DNA of 64,000 bases from an archaeon (GTDB lineage: Archaea > Iainarchaeota > Iainarchaeia > Iainarchaeales > 0-14-0-20-34-12). The notes under the pieces were generated by a model. It was not told the DNA's origin. It ran no database searches and worked only from the letters and a program-made list of their open reading frames with translations. The stretch covers positions 1 to 64,000 of the forward strand of contig JBBSVU010000006.1 in assembly GCA_038046645.1 (NCBI GenBank), in the 5' to 3' direction. Position numbers and translations under genes: made by a program. Position 1 is the stretch's first letter. Each line of letters begins with the position of its first letter. Shown one piece after another: positions 19,087 through 28,095 of this stretch.

Positions 19087-19827
19087 TTATACTTCTTTAT
19101 ATTCTTCTTCAATTTTTTTAATTATAATTCCCTTTTCAGCAATTTCTAAAGGATGCAGGTCTTCAGAATGTTTTGTTGCCCTCATTTTTCGTATATGCAA
19201 TGTTCTGTTGCTTTGGGTGCCTATTCCCATATAATGAAGCACAACAACCCCATCTGCAACATATTCTTCTACCCCATATTTGCCGTATTTATTCTCCCCT
19301 TCATTTGTTTCAGATATTATAATTGAAGTAGTGCCGCTTCTCATTAACATATAACTTATTTTCAAAACCGCCTTTCGTATTTCTTCCTCAGCCCCCAAGT
19401 TAAATCCTAATGCTGCAATTGAATCAATTACGACCCTTTTTGCCCCAATCCTTTTTATATTCCTAATAATCTCCAAAAGCAATTTATCCACATCAAGACC
19501 TGAAGAAGGTAGAGAATATTCCTCTTCAGAAGGCATGCCCAATCTAGCTAATGAACCATCAATAATTGCTATTTTGTTTGCCCTTTCCAATTCTCTTAAA
19601 TCCCATTTAAACCTTAAACAGTCTTCTCTTATAAGTTCAGGCCTCTCATCTAAACTAATATAAATCCCAGGTTCATTGAATTTTGTCGCCCCATTATAAA
19701 TGAATTGCATTGAAAATATTGTTTTCCCAGTTCCACAACCGCCACTTACTAAGAAGCACCTTCCTTTAGGTAACCCCCCTTCTACAAGGTCATCAAATCC
19801 AACAATGCCTGTTTTTATCCTATCCAT
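19087..19827 (-). CDS. single-domain KaiC-like RecA-superfamily ATPase
   Basis: RIKTGIVGFD, GCGTGKT, RVVIDS and KMRAT motifs. Confidence 0.9.
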   Translation of the reverse strand: MDRIKTGIVGFDDLVEGGLPKGRCFLVSGGCGTGKTIFSMQFIYNGATKFNEPGIYISLDERPELIREDCLRFKWDLRELERANKIAIIDGSLARLGMPSEEEYSLPSSGLDVDKLLLEIIRNIKRIGAKRVVIDSIAALGFNLGAEEEIRKAVLKISYMLMRSGTTSIIISETNEGENKYGKYGVEEYVADGVVVLHYMGIGTQSNRTLHIRKMRATKHSEDLHPLEIAEKGIIIKKIEEEYKEV

Positions 19828-19863
19828 ATTGCCAGTCCCCTCTCATATTATACTTTTCTTCTA

Positions 19864-21732
19864 TTAAATTCTTTCTGCCTGCTTAACTATTGGTATTCTA
19901 TTTATGTCTGATAAAATCTGTTTTAGTTGGTCGCTTTTTGGCATATCTAGTTCTAATTCTATTTTAACGAGGTTTCCACTCTCATAATTTGCTTTTGTCG
20001 TTTTTACTAAAGATTTGTTGCGCTCAATTATTTTTAGTATGTCTGGGAGAAGATGAGGATAATCTACTGCAGTTAATGCAATCTTAGTGGAATATGTCTT
20101 TTCTTTCAAGCCCCCGAGCAAAAAGGGAGCTAATTTACTAATATCGCTTTTTATCCCTGTACAGTCTTTTCTATGTATTGTTGCTTTTCTTTTTGTTGTT
20201 TTATATGAAACAACAATATCCCCCGGCAGTGGGTTACAACATTTTGCCAGCCTTATTTTTTCATATGGGTTTAAGATTTTCATTTTATCTTCTTTTTGTT
20301 TTATCCCACCTAAAGACATGCCTAATTTTTTCCTGATTTTCATCCTTGCTCTATCCGTTTTTACAAAGTTTATCCATTGTTTTTTTATTTCATCCTTTTC
20401 CCCCTTTAATATTTCTACTGCATCCCCATTTACTAGCTCATAATCCAAGCCAACAGGTTTTTTATTTACTAGCACTTTTTTGCATTTGCTCCCTAAATCA
20501 GTGTGTATTTCAAAAGCAAAATCTAAAGCAGTACTGCCTGCCGGCAAAAGTACAACATCATTCTTTGGGGTAACAACAAATATTTTATTAGTCCCAAATT
20601 CAATCTTTAATGATTCAAGCATGTTGCTTTTTGCCTTCCAATTCATTATTTGTTTTGCTAAAATAAGTTTTTTGTCAAAGAAAGGGTCTCTCCAGAATTT
20701 TTTATACTGCCAGTGTGCGGCAAGCCCATCTTCAGCATCTTGGTGCATATCATAAGTCCTTATTTGTATTTCTACTTTATTTTTTCCCCAGCCTATTACT
20801 GTGTGAATGGACCGATACCTATTTGATTTTGGGTGTGCAATATAATCATCAAAATGTGGAAATTGGTTATATGCCCCATGAATTATCCCTAATATTGTGT
20901 AGCACTCCTCTACGCTATTGCATATCACCCTTATGCCTAGTAAATCTGCCAAGTCAGAGACCTTTTTCCCTTGTGATTGTGTTTTTTTGAAGATGCTATA
21001 AAAGCTTTTAGGCCTTCCATAAATAGTTGCTTCAATACCCTGCTGTTTTAATTTTTCATTCAAATCTACAATTATTTCCTTTATTACCTTCTCTCTTTTT
21101 TCCCGCGTTTCCACAATTTCTTTTTTAATTGAGTAATATGCTTCGGGATTTAATATTTTGAAGCTTAAATCCCTAAGCTCCCAAGATATTTCATATAACC
21201 CTAATTTATGCGCAATTGGGGCGTATACCTCTTCAGTCAGTTTTGCTAATTCATAAGTTTTTTGCTTTGGCATGTTTTGGGTATTCCTTAGATTATCTAA
21301 AGCCCCCGCGATTTCAACAAAAATAGTCCTGATGTCATTTGCAAGTATTAATATAATTAATCGTAGTTTGTCATTATTTAGTTTCCCAAAGTTTCTCCCG
21401 ATTACTTCGCTTATCTTTGCAGCTTCTTCAGAGATATTTGCTGCGTCTTTACCAACTAAATTTTCTAATGTTTTTTTCTGGTCAAGGTTGTTGTCCAAGA
21501 AATCATGAGTTAATCCTGCACATATTGTCGTAAAATCCATATGTTGCTCGGCTAAACTAGTTGATACATTCAATAAATGTGAAATAAATGGCTTTCCAGA
21601 TTCACGTTTCTTTTCAGCATATTGTTTGTTTATAAAATCAAACGTCTTTTTAAGTAGTTCTGCATCGTATTCTGAATTGTATTTCCCCAGCTCTAGCTTT
21701 AGGTCTTCAAATGATGCATCAACATATCTCAT
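19864..21732 (-). CDS. long RelA/SpoT homologue (HD-SYNTH-TGS-ZFD-ACT)
   Basis: GRPKSFYSI, DLLGIRV, DDYIAHPK..YRSIHT, EIQIRT and AAHWQYK; TGS ALDFAFEIHT; CCNPLPGD. Confidence 0.93.
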   Translation of the reverse strand: MRYVDASFEDLKLELGKYNSEYDAELLKKTFDFINKQYAEKKRESGKPFISHLLNVSTSLAEQHMDFTTICAGLTHDFLDNNLDQKKTLENLVGKDAANISEEAAKISEVIGRNFGKLNNDKLRLIILILANDIRTIFVEIAGALDNLRNTQNMPKQKTYELAKLTEEVYAPIAHKLGLYEISWELRDLSFKILNPEAYYSIKKEIVETREKREKVIKEIIVDLNEKLKQQGIEATIYGRPKSFYSIFKKTQSQGKKVSDLADLLGIRVICNSVEECYTILGIIHGAYNQFPHFDDYIAHPKSNRYRSIHTVIGWGKNKVEIQIRTYDMHQDAEDGLAAHWQYKKFWRDPFFDKKLILAKQIMNWKAKSNMLESLKIEFGTNKIFVVTPKNDVVLLPAGSTALDFAFEIHTDLGSKCKKVLVNKKPVGLDYELVNGDAVEILKGEKDEIKKQWINFVKTDRARMKIRKKLGMSLGGIKQKEDKMKILNPYEKIRLAKCCNPLPGDIVVSYKTTKRKATIHRKDCTGIKSDISKLAPFLLGGLKEKTYSTKIALTAVDYPHLLPDILKIIERNKSLVKTTKANYESGNLVKIELELDMPKSDQLKQILSDINRIPIVKQAERI

Positions 21733-21806
21733 AAATAACTTAAATCACCTCTCTTTAAATCCTTTTTCGCCTTCATAATTAAATACTTTTTGTTGGTTAT
21801 TCTTTT

Positions 21807-22475
21807 ATGGAAAGAATTCTTTTTATTAATTTTAAGACTTATGAACAATCCACAGGCAAAAATGCCTTGAAATTAGCAAAAATTGCCGAGTCAGCCGCAA
21901 AAAAACACAATAAAAAAATAGTCCTTGTAGTGCAGCCTTTTGATTTGCAAGAAATTGCAAAGTCAGTTAGATTAGAAATTTTTGCACAACACATTGACCC
22001 TGTTGTTTATGGGGCAAATACCGGCAGCATTCTGCCTGAAGCTGTGAAGCAAGCTGGCGCTATTGGCACTATTTTAAACCATGCTGAAAAAAAGGTGGAT
22101 GATTTCTTTTTGGAAAAAGCGATTGCTAGGGCAAAAGAGGTTAACTTAAAGGTAATGTGCTGCGCTGAGAATATTGAAAGGGCAAAGAAAATAGCCTCAT
22201 TTAAGGCTAAGCCAGATTTGATTGCAATTGAGCCGCCTGAATTAATTGGTGGAACAATTTCAGTTTCAGAAGCAAAGCCTGAAATAATTGAGGATGCGGT
22301 AAAAGAGATTCATAAAATAGCAAATATTGATGTAGTAACTGGGGCAGGCATAAATACTGTAAAAGATGTAGCCAAAGCAATTGAGCTTGGTTGTGTCGGG
22401 GTATTTGTTGCATCATCCATAGTAAAATCAAATAACCCTGAGAAAGCAATTGAGGAATTGCTTTCCGGATTATGA
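21807..22475 (+). CDS. tpiA: triosephosphate isomerase (archaeal type)
   Basis: INFKTY, LNHAE and IEPPELIG motifs. Confidence 0.95.
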   Translation: MERILFINFKTYEQSTGKNALKLAKIAESAAKKHNKKIVLVVQPFDLQEIAKSVRLEIFAQHIDPVVYGANTGSILPEAVKQAGAIGTILNHAEKKVDDFFLEKAIARAKEVNLKVMCCAENIERAKKIASFKAKPDLIAIEPPELIGGTISVSEAKPEIIEDAVKEIHKIANIDVVTGAGINTVKDVAKAIELGCVGVFVASSIVKSNNPEKAIEELLSGL

Positions 22476-22591
22476 CATGATTTTTCGCCCGCACGGTTAA
22501 AATATCGACATTTGTTAAATTATCTGAAAAATATTAGCATACTGTATTTATACTTTTTTATATTGAATATATCAGTTATATCATTTGGTGA

Positions 22592-23740
22592 GTGGTTGTT
22601 ATGGATTTGTCTGATTTTAAGGTAAAAGATCTTATTTCGAAAGAATATCTTGCTTTGAATGTTGAAGATACACTTAGTGCTTATGTGGGTAAAATAGAAT
22701 CCTGGAAACACGCAGAGGGATTAGTTTTTGATGATACTAATTCATTTAAAGGGATAATTTCTTTCAAAGGTTTGCTTAGGAAAAAAATAGACCCTTCCCA
22801 AGTTAAACTCAAAAAATTAATTGTTCAATTTCCAAAAATAAATGAAGAAGATAATATCATAAAGGTTGCTGAGTTGATGTATTATTCTGGTGCAAGGCTG
22901 CTTCCAGTCTTTTCAGGAAGTTCTTTTGCTGGCGTTATTTATGCGCAAGATATTATAAAGCAACTAGGAAAAGTTGATGATTTTAGGAAGATACGGGCTG
23001 AAGAGCTTGCAACCCAAAAACCACAATGCTTGAAAGAGTCTGACTCTTTTGAAAAAGCCTTACTTTTAATGGATAATACAAGAGTTAGAAAAATTCCAAT
23101 AGTTAATAAAGAAGGAAGATTAACTGGCCTGTTGCTTATGGAAGATGCCCTAAAAAGGTACTATTCAAACATTTCAGCGCCAATGCAAATTTACGGGGCC
23201 AGCCCGCAAAGTCATTTTCCTGAAAAAACAGACCTTCTGAAGGTTTCAATAACTAGGGATATCAGCACAGATTATGCTGAAATTACCGAAAATGAAACAT
23301 TGCCCCAAATTTTAAGTTCATTCCAGATTGATAAGGGGGTAATAATTACCAAGAACGGAATTCCGAGTGGGATAATTACTGCTAAAAATTTGTTGCAATT
23401 ATTCTTAAGATTGAAGAAAGAAGAGAGAAATATTAGAATTAGCGATATGCCTGCTTTGGATGAAATAGATAAAGCAAAAGCAATTAATACAATAAATAAA
23501 ACATATGATAAAATTGACCGTATTTTAGGGAATAAACCAATGGTTTATTTTTATTTTAAGCATTATGCAAAGGAAGGGATGAGAAAAAAACATGTTGTGC
23601 ATATCAGAACTGCAGTTGGCAGCAAGAAGATCATAGTTGAGAAAAATGATTGGAAATTTCTTAATTGCCTACAGGATGTTTGTTCAGCATTTGAGACAGC
23701 AGTAATAAGGCAGTTCAAGAAAAAAGATTACCGGAAATAA
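22592..23740 (+). CDS. CBS-domain protein with a C-terminal HPF/RaiA-like domain (putative ribosome hibernation factor)
   Basis: Four CBS repeats followed by a basic module of about 95 aa ending DWKFLNCLQDVCSAFETAV. Confidence 0.7.
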   Translation: MVVMDLSDFKVKDLISKEYLALNVEDTLSAYVGKIESWKHAEGLVFDDTNSFKGIISFKGLLRKKIDPSQVKLKKLIVQFPKINEEDNIIKVAELMYYSGARLLPVFSGSSFAGVIYAQDIIKQLGKVDDFRKIRAEELATQKPQCLKESDSFEKALLLMDNTRVRKIPIVNKEGRLTGLLLMEDALKRYYSNISAPMQIYGASPQSHFPEKTDLLKVSITRDISTDYAEITENETLPQILSSFQIDKGVIITKNGIPSGIITAKNLLQLFLRLKKEERNIRISDMPALDEIDKAKAINTINKTYDKIDRILGNKPMVYFYFKHYAKEGMRKKHVVHIRTAVGSKKIIVEKNDWKFLNCLQDVCSAFETAVIRQFKKKDYRK

Positions 23741-23752
23741 ATTGCATTGAAA

Positions 23753-24020
23753 TGGGCATCTAAAGATCGAAGATGTTAAGCGAGGCAAATTTAGCCTATT
23801 AAATTGCTTAATTCCGTACTCCGATAGCACCCAAAGCATAGACTACCGTTGCTTTCTTCCGAACCTGGCGGGGTTCTTCTATGTAAAGGGCCTATTGGAA
23901 CAGAATATCATTGCAATATAACAGATTTGCATTGCAAAACAAATCCTTTCTTTAGCATTCAGCCCCAGCGTATAGCGGATTTCTGGTTACAAGGAACCGC
24001 TAACTCCCCAGCCTAGCCCA
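23753..24020 (-). ncRNA. ffs: archaeal SRP (7S) RNA
   Basis: Alu-like 5' GGGCTAGGCTGGGG...TGTAACC; helix 8 CCGCCAGGTTCGGAAGAAAGCAACGG; ends pair TGGGC/GCCCA. Confidence 0.9.
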
Positions 24021-24099
24021 AATATTTTTCGTTAATTGTTTTTATAAAGCAGATTGTTGTCGGCAAACTGTTTTAATTAATTGCTGATAATGTATATTT

Positions 24100-25239
24100 A
24101 TGGATATTTTTGAGCAATCTTTGATTAGTCATGGCAAATGGAAAGGCAAGATTTCTACTTCAGCAAAGGTCAAATTAAAAAACAAAAAATTGCTCTCTTT
24201 AGCATATACCCCCGGGGTAGCAGAACCCTGCAAAAAGATTGCACTGAACAAGAATAGTCTTTATAACTATACAATAAAATCAAATTCTGTTGCAGTAATT
24301 AGTGACGGATCAGCTATTTTGGGTTTGGGGAATCTTGGAGCCGAAGCAGCTATCCCGGTTATGGAAGGCAAAGCCTTGATATTCAAAGAGTTTGCAAATA
24401 TTGATGCATTTCCTATTGTGATTAAAAATCAAAACCCTGAAAAAATTGTTGAAATAATTGAAAATATCTCCCCTGTGTTTGGTGCAATAAACCTTGAGGA
24501 TATTGCAGCGCCAAAATGTTTTTACATAGAAGAAAACTTGCAAAATTTGGGCATACCTGTTTTTCATGATGACCAGCATGCTACAGCTGTTGTGGTTCTT
24601 GCAGGCTTGTTTAATTCCTTAAAATTAGCAAAAAAGGAATTTTCTGATTGCAAAATAGTAATTAATGGCATAGGGGCTGCAGGTACTGCTATTACTAGAT
24701 TACTTTTGAGTTATGGCAAGCCTAAGGAGATTTTATTGTGTGATAAATATGGCCTTTTAGACCCACTAGATGTAAGAATTAGCGAAGAACAAAAACAATT
24801 AGCTAGAGAAATAGGTCAGTCCAGAAAAGGTTCACTTGCGGATTCTTTAGAAAATGCTGATATTTTTATTGGGGTGTCAGCACCAAATATCATCTCTAAA
24901 GATATGGTTAAATCAATGAGTAAAAAGCCAATAATTTTTGCTTTGGCTAATCCAATCTCGGAGATTTCACCGAAAGAAGCTAAAAAGGCTGGTGCCTTTA
25001 TTGTTGCAACCGGAAGAAGTGATTTTCCAAACCAAGTTAATAATGCATTGGTGTTCCCGGGATTTTTTAAGGGTTTGCTTGATTCAAGGGCAAAAAAAGC
25101 TACGTTGAAGATGAAATTAGCAGCAGCTTTTGCCCTTGCTAATATTGAAAAACCAAGTACTGAGAAAATATTACCGAATATTTTTAACAAAAAAATAGTT
25201 CCTTCAATTGCGAAGGCAGTCATAAATGCAAGCAAGTGA
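24100..25239 (+). CDS. NAD(P)-dependent malic enzyme
   Basis: AYTPGVA, MEGKA, NLEDI, HDDQH and ATGRSDFPNQVNN motifs. Confidence 0.93.
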   Translation: MDIFEQSLISHGKWKGKISTSAKVKLKNKKLLSLAYTPGVAEPCKKIALNKNSLYNYTIKSNSVAVISDGSAILGLGNLGAEAAIPVMEGKALIFKEFANIDAFPIVIKNQNPEKIVEIIENISPVFGAINLEDIAAPKCFYIEENLQNLGIPVFHDDQHATAVVVLAGLFNSLKLAKKEFSDCKIVINGIGAAGTAITRLLLSYGKPKEILLCDKYGLLDPLDVRISEEQKQLAREIGQSRKGSLADSLENADIFIGVSAPNIISKDMVKSMSKKPIIFALANPISEISPKEAKKAGAFIVATGRSDFPNQVNNALVFPGFFKGLLDSRAKKATLKMKLAAAFALANIEKPSTEKILPNIFNKKIVPSIAKAVINASK

Positions 25240-26099
25240 TTTTTATGCAGTTTAAAGAAGATTTGGGAAATGCATTAGTTGAGTTATATAAGATAACCTC
25301 GAACGTTTTGCCCTCAGATGTTATTTCTGCATTAAAAAAAGCACAGGAAACAGAAAAAGGCAATTCTAAACTTTTCATAGACTTTATTTTACAAAATATT
25401 GAAATAGCAAAGCAGGAATCTAGGCCTATTTGCCAAGATACTGGTTTCCCTTTCTTTATTGTTTATTGCCCTAAAGGCGAATCAACTAAAGAGCTTGCGG
25501 AAATAATCCATTCATCATCCGAAAAAGCAACTGCTAATTTCCTTAGGCCTAATTCAGTTAATCCTATTTCAGAAAAGAATATTGGAAATATTCCAGAAAT
25601 ACATTTTAGGGAATGGGATAAAAACTATTTGCAGTTTGATTTGATGTTGAAGGGGGCTGGCAGTGAAAATGTTTCTTTTCAATACTCTTTGCCTGATATT
25701 TCTTTGAATGCACATCGGGATTTTGAGGGGGTTTTCAAATGCGCCTTGGATGCAGTTTTTAGAGCGCAGGGCAATGGCTGCCCCCCGGGCATTTTAGGGC
25801 TTTGTATTGGCGGTTCTAAAAATAATTCAATGCTTGAGGCAAAAAAACAGCTTTTCAGAAAGATTGATGATGTCAATTCAGATAAAAGGCTGGCTTTGCT
25901 TGAAAAAAACATTCTTTCTAAATCAAATAAATTAAAAATAGGGCCAGCAGGTTTAGGTGGCAAAAATACTTTGTTGGCTGTCAAAGCAACTGTTTTGCCA
26001 AGGCATCCTGCATCCTACTTTGTTTCTTTTTCCTATTCCTGTTGGGCTTTAAGAAGGCATTCGCTTAGATTCAAGGAAGGGGTGATTAAGTTTGATTAA
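25236..26099 (+). CDS. class I fumarate hydratase / tartrate dehydratase alpha subunit
   Basis: PICQDTG, KGAGSEN, GCPP and SCWALR motifs. Confidence 0.9.
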   Translation: MIFMQFKEDLGNALVELYKITSNVLPSDVISALKKAQETEKGNSKLFIDFILQNIEIAKQESRPICQDTGFPFFIVYCPKGESTKELAEIIHSSSEKATANFLRPNSVNPISEKNIGNIPEIHFREWDKNYLQFDLMLKGAGSENVSFQYSLPDISLNAHRDFEGVFKCALDAVFRAQGNGCPPGILGLCIGGSKNNSMLEAKKQLFRKIDDVNSDKRLALLEKNILSKSNKLKIGPAGLGGKNTLLAVKATVLPRHPASYFVSFSYSCWALRRHSLRFKEGVIKFD

Positions 26100-26664
26100 A
26101 CTTAAGCTGCCGATCACTCCTAAAAAATTAAATGATTTAAATGTTGGTGACTATGTGGAGATATCCGGCAGAATATTTACTGCAAGAGACAAAGCTAGTA
26201 GATGGTTATCATCAGAAAAAATCCCTGAAAAATTAAGTTCAAAGATAAAAAATTCCGTGATTTACCATTGTGGCCCAATCATGGCAGGAAAAAAATCCTT
26301 TGTTGCACTATCAGCAGGGCCAACAACCAGCGAAAGAATGTTCCCTTATTTAACTGATTTAAATAAAAAATATAGGGTTAAGGCAGTTATTGGAAAAGGG
26401 GGTTTTAGGAATACAAATATTTTCAAGAAAAATAAAATGGTATATTTGCATTCTTTAAGTGGGTGTGGAGCATTGCTCGCAAAGAAAATTATAAAAGTGC
26501 ATTCAGTATTCGGGCTGAAAGAATTTGGGATGCCTGAAGCAATATGGGAAATTGAAGTAAAAGATTTTCCAGTTTTAGTAACAATAGATAGCAAAGGGAA
26601 TAATCTCCACGATAAGATTTATGCTGAATCTGGAAAAATTGCTAAAAAATTGGAAAACAGTTAG
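26092..26664 (+). CDS. class I fumarate hydratase / tartrate dehydratase beta subunit
   Basis: TARD, HCGP, AGPTTS.RM, IGKGG and GMPEAIW motifs. Confidence 0.9.
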   Translation: MIKLKLPITPKKLNDLNVGDYVEISGRIFTARDKASRWLSSEKIPEKLSSKIKNSVIYHCGPIMAGKKSFVALSAGPTTSERMFPYLTDLNKKYRVKAVIGKGGFRNTNIFKKNKMVYLHSLSGCGALLAKKIIKVHSVFGLKEFGMPEAIWEIEVKDFPVLVTIDSKGNNLHDKIYAESGKIAKKLENS

Positions 26665-26719
26665 AAAAATAGGTGAAATATTCCCCACCTATTCTCCAAA
26701 ACTGCAGATTTTTAGGTGA

Positions 26720-27676
26720 TTATTTATCTTCCTCTAAATCCTCGATTCCATTTTCAGTTATCTGGTAAATGGCTTCTCCGTCTGGCAAGAATGGGGAATC
26801 AACAAGCTTTGCCACTCTTTTTGATGCCTTGCTCTTTCTGAGATATAATCGAGTTTTAGAAGCATGCCCTACTACATGTCCACCTATTGGGGCAGTAGGA
26901 TCTCCGAATAGTATATCAGGCCTGCTCATTACCTGATTTGTTACAAGAACTGCAATATTATGGGCCTCAGCTAACTTCATCAGTTGCCTCATATGTTTGT
27001 TTAATTTCTGTTGTCTTTCAGCTAAAAGGCCTCTTCCAATATATTCAGATCTAAACTGTGCGGTTAACGAATCCACAATTAACAGTTTGATATTTTTCTC
27101 CTTAATTATTTGGTCTGCTTTTTCAGTAAGAATCATTTGATGATCAGCATTATATGCCTTTGCAACAAAAATATTTTTTAGTGTTTTTTCCGGTTCCAAA
27201 CCTTTTGCCTTTGCAATACTTACAATTCTTTCTGGCCTAAATGATGATTCAGAATCAATGTACAAAGTATTTCCCCCCAATCCTCCTTTATCTTTTGCTA
27301 ATTGGACCATTACTGCTAACTGGAAACACCATTGGGTTTTGCTTGAAGACATCTCACCATATACCTCAGTAATGCTTTGGGTTTCTACCCCCCCTCCAAG
27401 CAAAGTATCTAATTCATTGCTCCCTGTGCTTATCTTCCCAATTATTTCCCTTCTTTTAAGTATCTTTTCCGCGCTTTCAAAACCCATATCAAGGGCATCC
27501 CTGGCGGCTTTAATTATCTTTTCAGCGGTTTTTTCCCCTAATTCTGCCACTTCCATCAATTCCCTTGGGGAAGCCACAGCAATATTCTCCAATGATTTAT
27601 AATTAGCTTTATATAGTTTCTCGGCTGCTTGCGGTCCAACACCAGGCAAGTCAGTAATTTCCTTTATTTCTGCCAT
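26720..27676 (-). CDS. radA: DNA repair and recombination protein RadA
   Basis: N-terminal HhH, LLGGGVETQSITEVYG, FRPERI and LAERQQKLN motifs. Confidence 0.96.
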   Translation of the reverse strand: MAEIKEITDLPGVGPQAAEKLYKANYKSLENIAVASPRELMEVAELGEKTAEKIIKAARDALDMGFESAEKILKRREIIGKISTGSNELDTLLGGGVETQSITEVYGEMSSSKTQWCFQLAVMVQLAKDKGGLGGNTLYIDSESSFRPERIVSIAKAKGLEPEKTLKNIFVAKAYNADHQMILTEKADQIIKEKNIKLLIVDSLTAQFRSEYIGRGLLAERQQKLNKHMRQLMKLAEAHNIAVLVTNQVMSRPDILFGDPTAPIGGHVVGHASKTRLYLRKSKASKRVAKLVDSPFLPDGEAIYQITENGIEDLEEDK

Positions 27677-27713
27677 TTTTTCACCATACTATGCTTGTGC
27701 GATTTTTTATTTA

Positions 27714-28020
27714 TAAATGCTTTGGAAGAGTAGATTTCCCCTGAACTCCGTCTTTTCTTTTTCTCTTAGGAAGAGAAAAAGAAAATATAGGCTGTCAAAA
27801 GAAAAAGAGAAAAGAAAATATGGGTTGCCGAAAGAAAAGAGAAAGAAAAAGTAGGTTACAACTAATATCAAAGGACAAAAATAAAGAAACAAAAGTCGTC
27901 CTTTGATGGCTATAAAAAGACATTATAAAAGTTTCTAGATTAATGTCTTTTTATATAAAATCCAAGGGATTTTAGTGTACATTAAAATTCATAAGAATTT
28001 TAATTGTATTAAGAGAAAGA
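27714..28020. repeat. dispersed modular repeat, copy B (inverted, with about 90 bp of extra double hairpin); includes the 27-bp box at 27719-27745
   Basis: Exact 152-bp inverted match to 8199-8350; extra hairpins ATCAAAGGAC/GTCCTTTGAT and TATAAAAAGACATTA/TAATGTCTTTTTATA. Confidence 0.9.
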
Positions 28021-28095
28021 AAACTTTGGTTGCCAAGAAAAAGAAAAGAGAATGTAAGTTGCTATTAAAAATAACTGATTTATACTTGGCCTTTG

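Noticed and set aside
24100..26664. Malic enzyme-fumarase operon as a novel pathway
   Set aside because: Ordinary fumarate-malate-pyruvate conversion by well-known families.
27707..27892. 61-aa Phe-rich ORF
   Set aside because: It is a translation of the pyrimidine-rich repeat.
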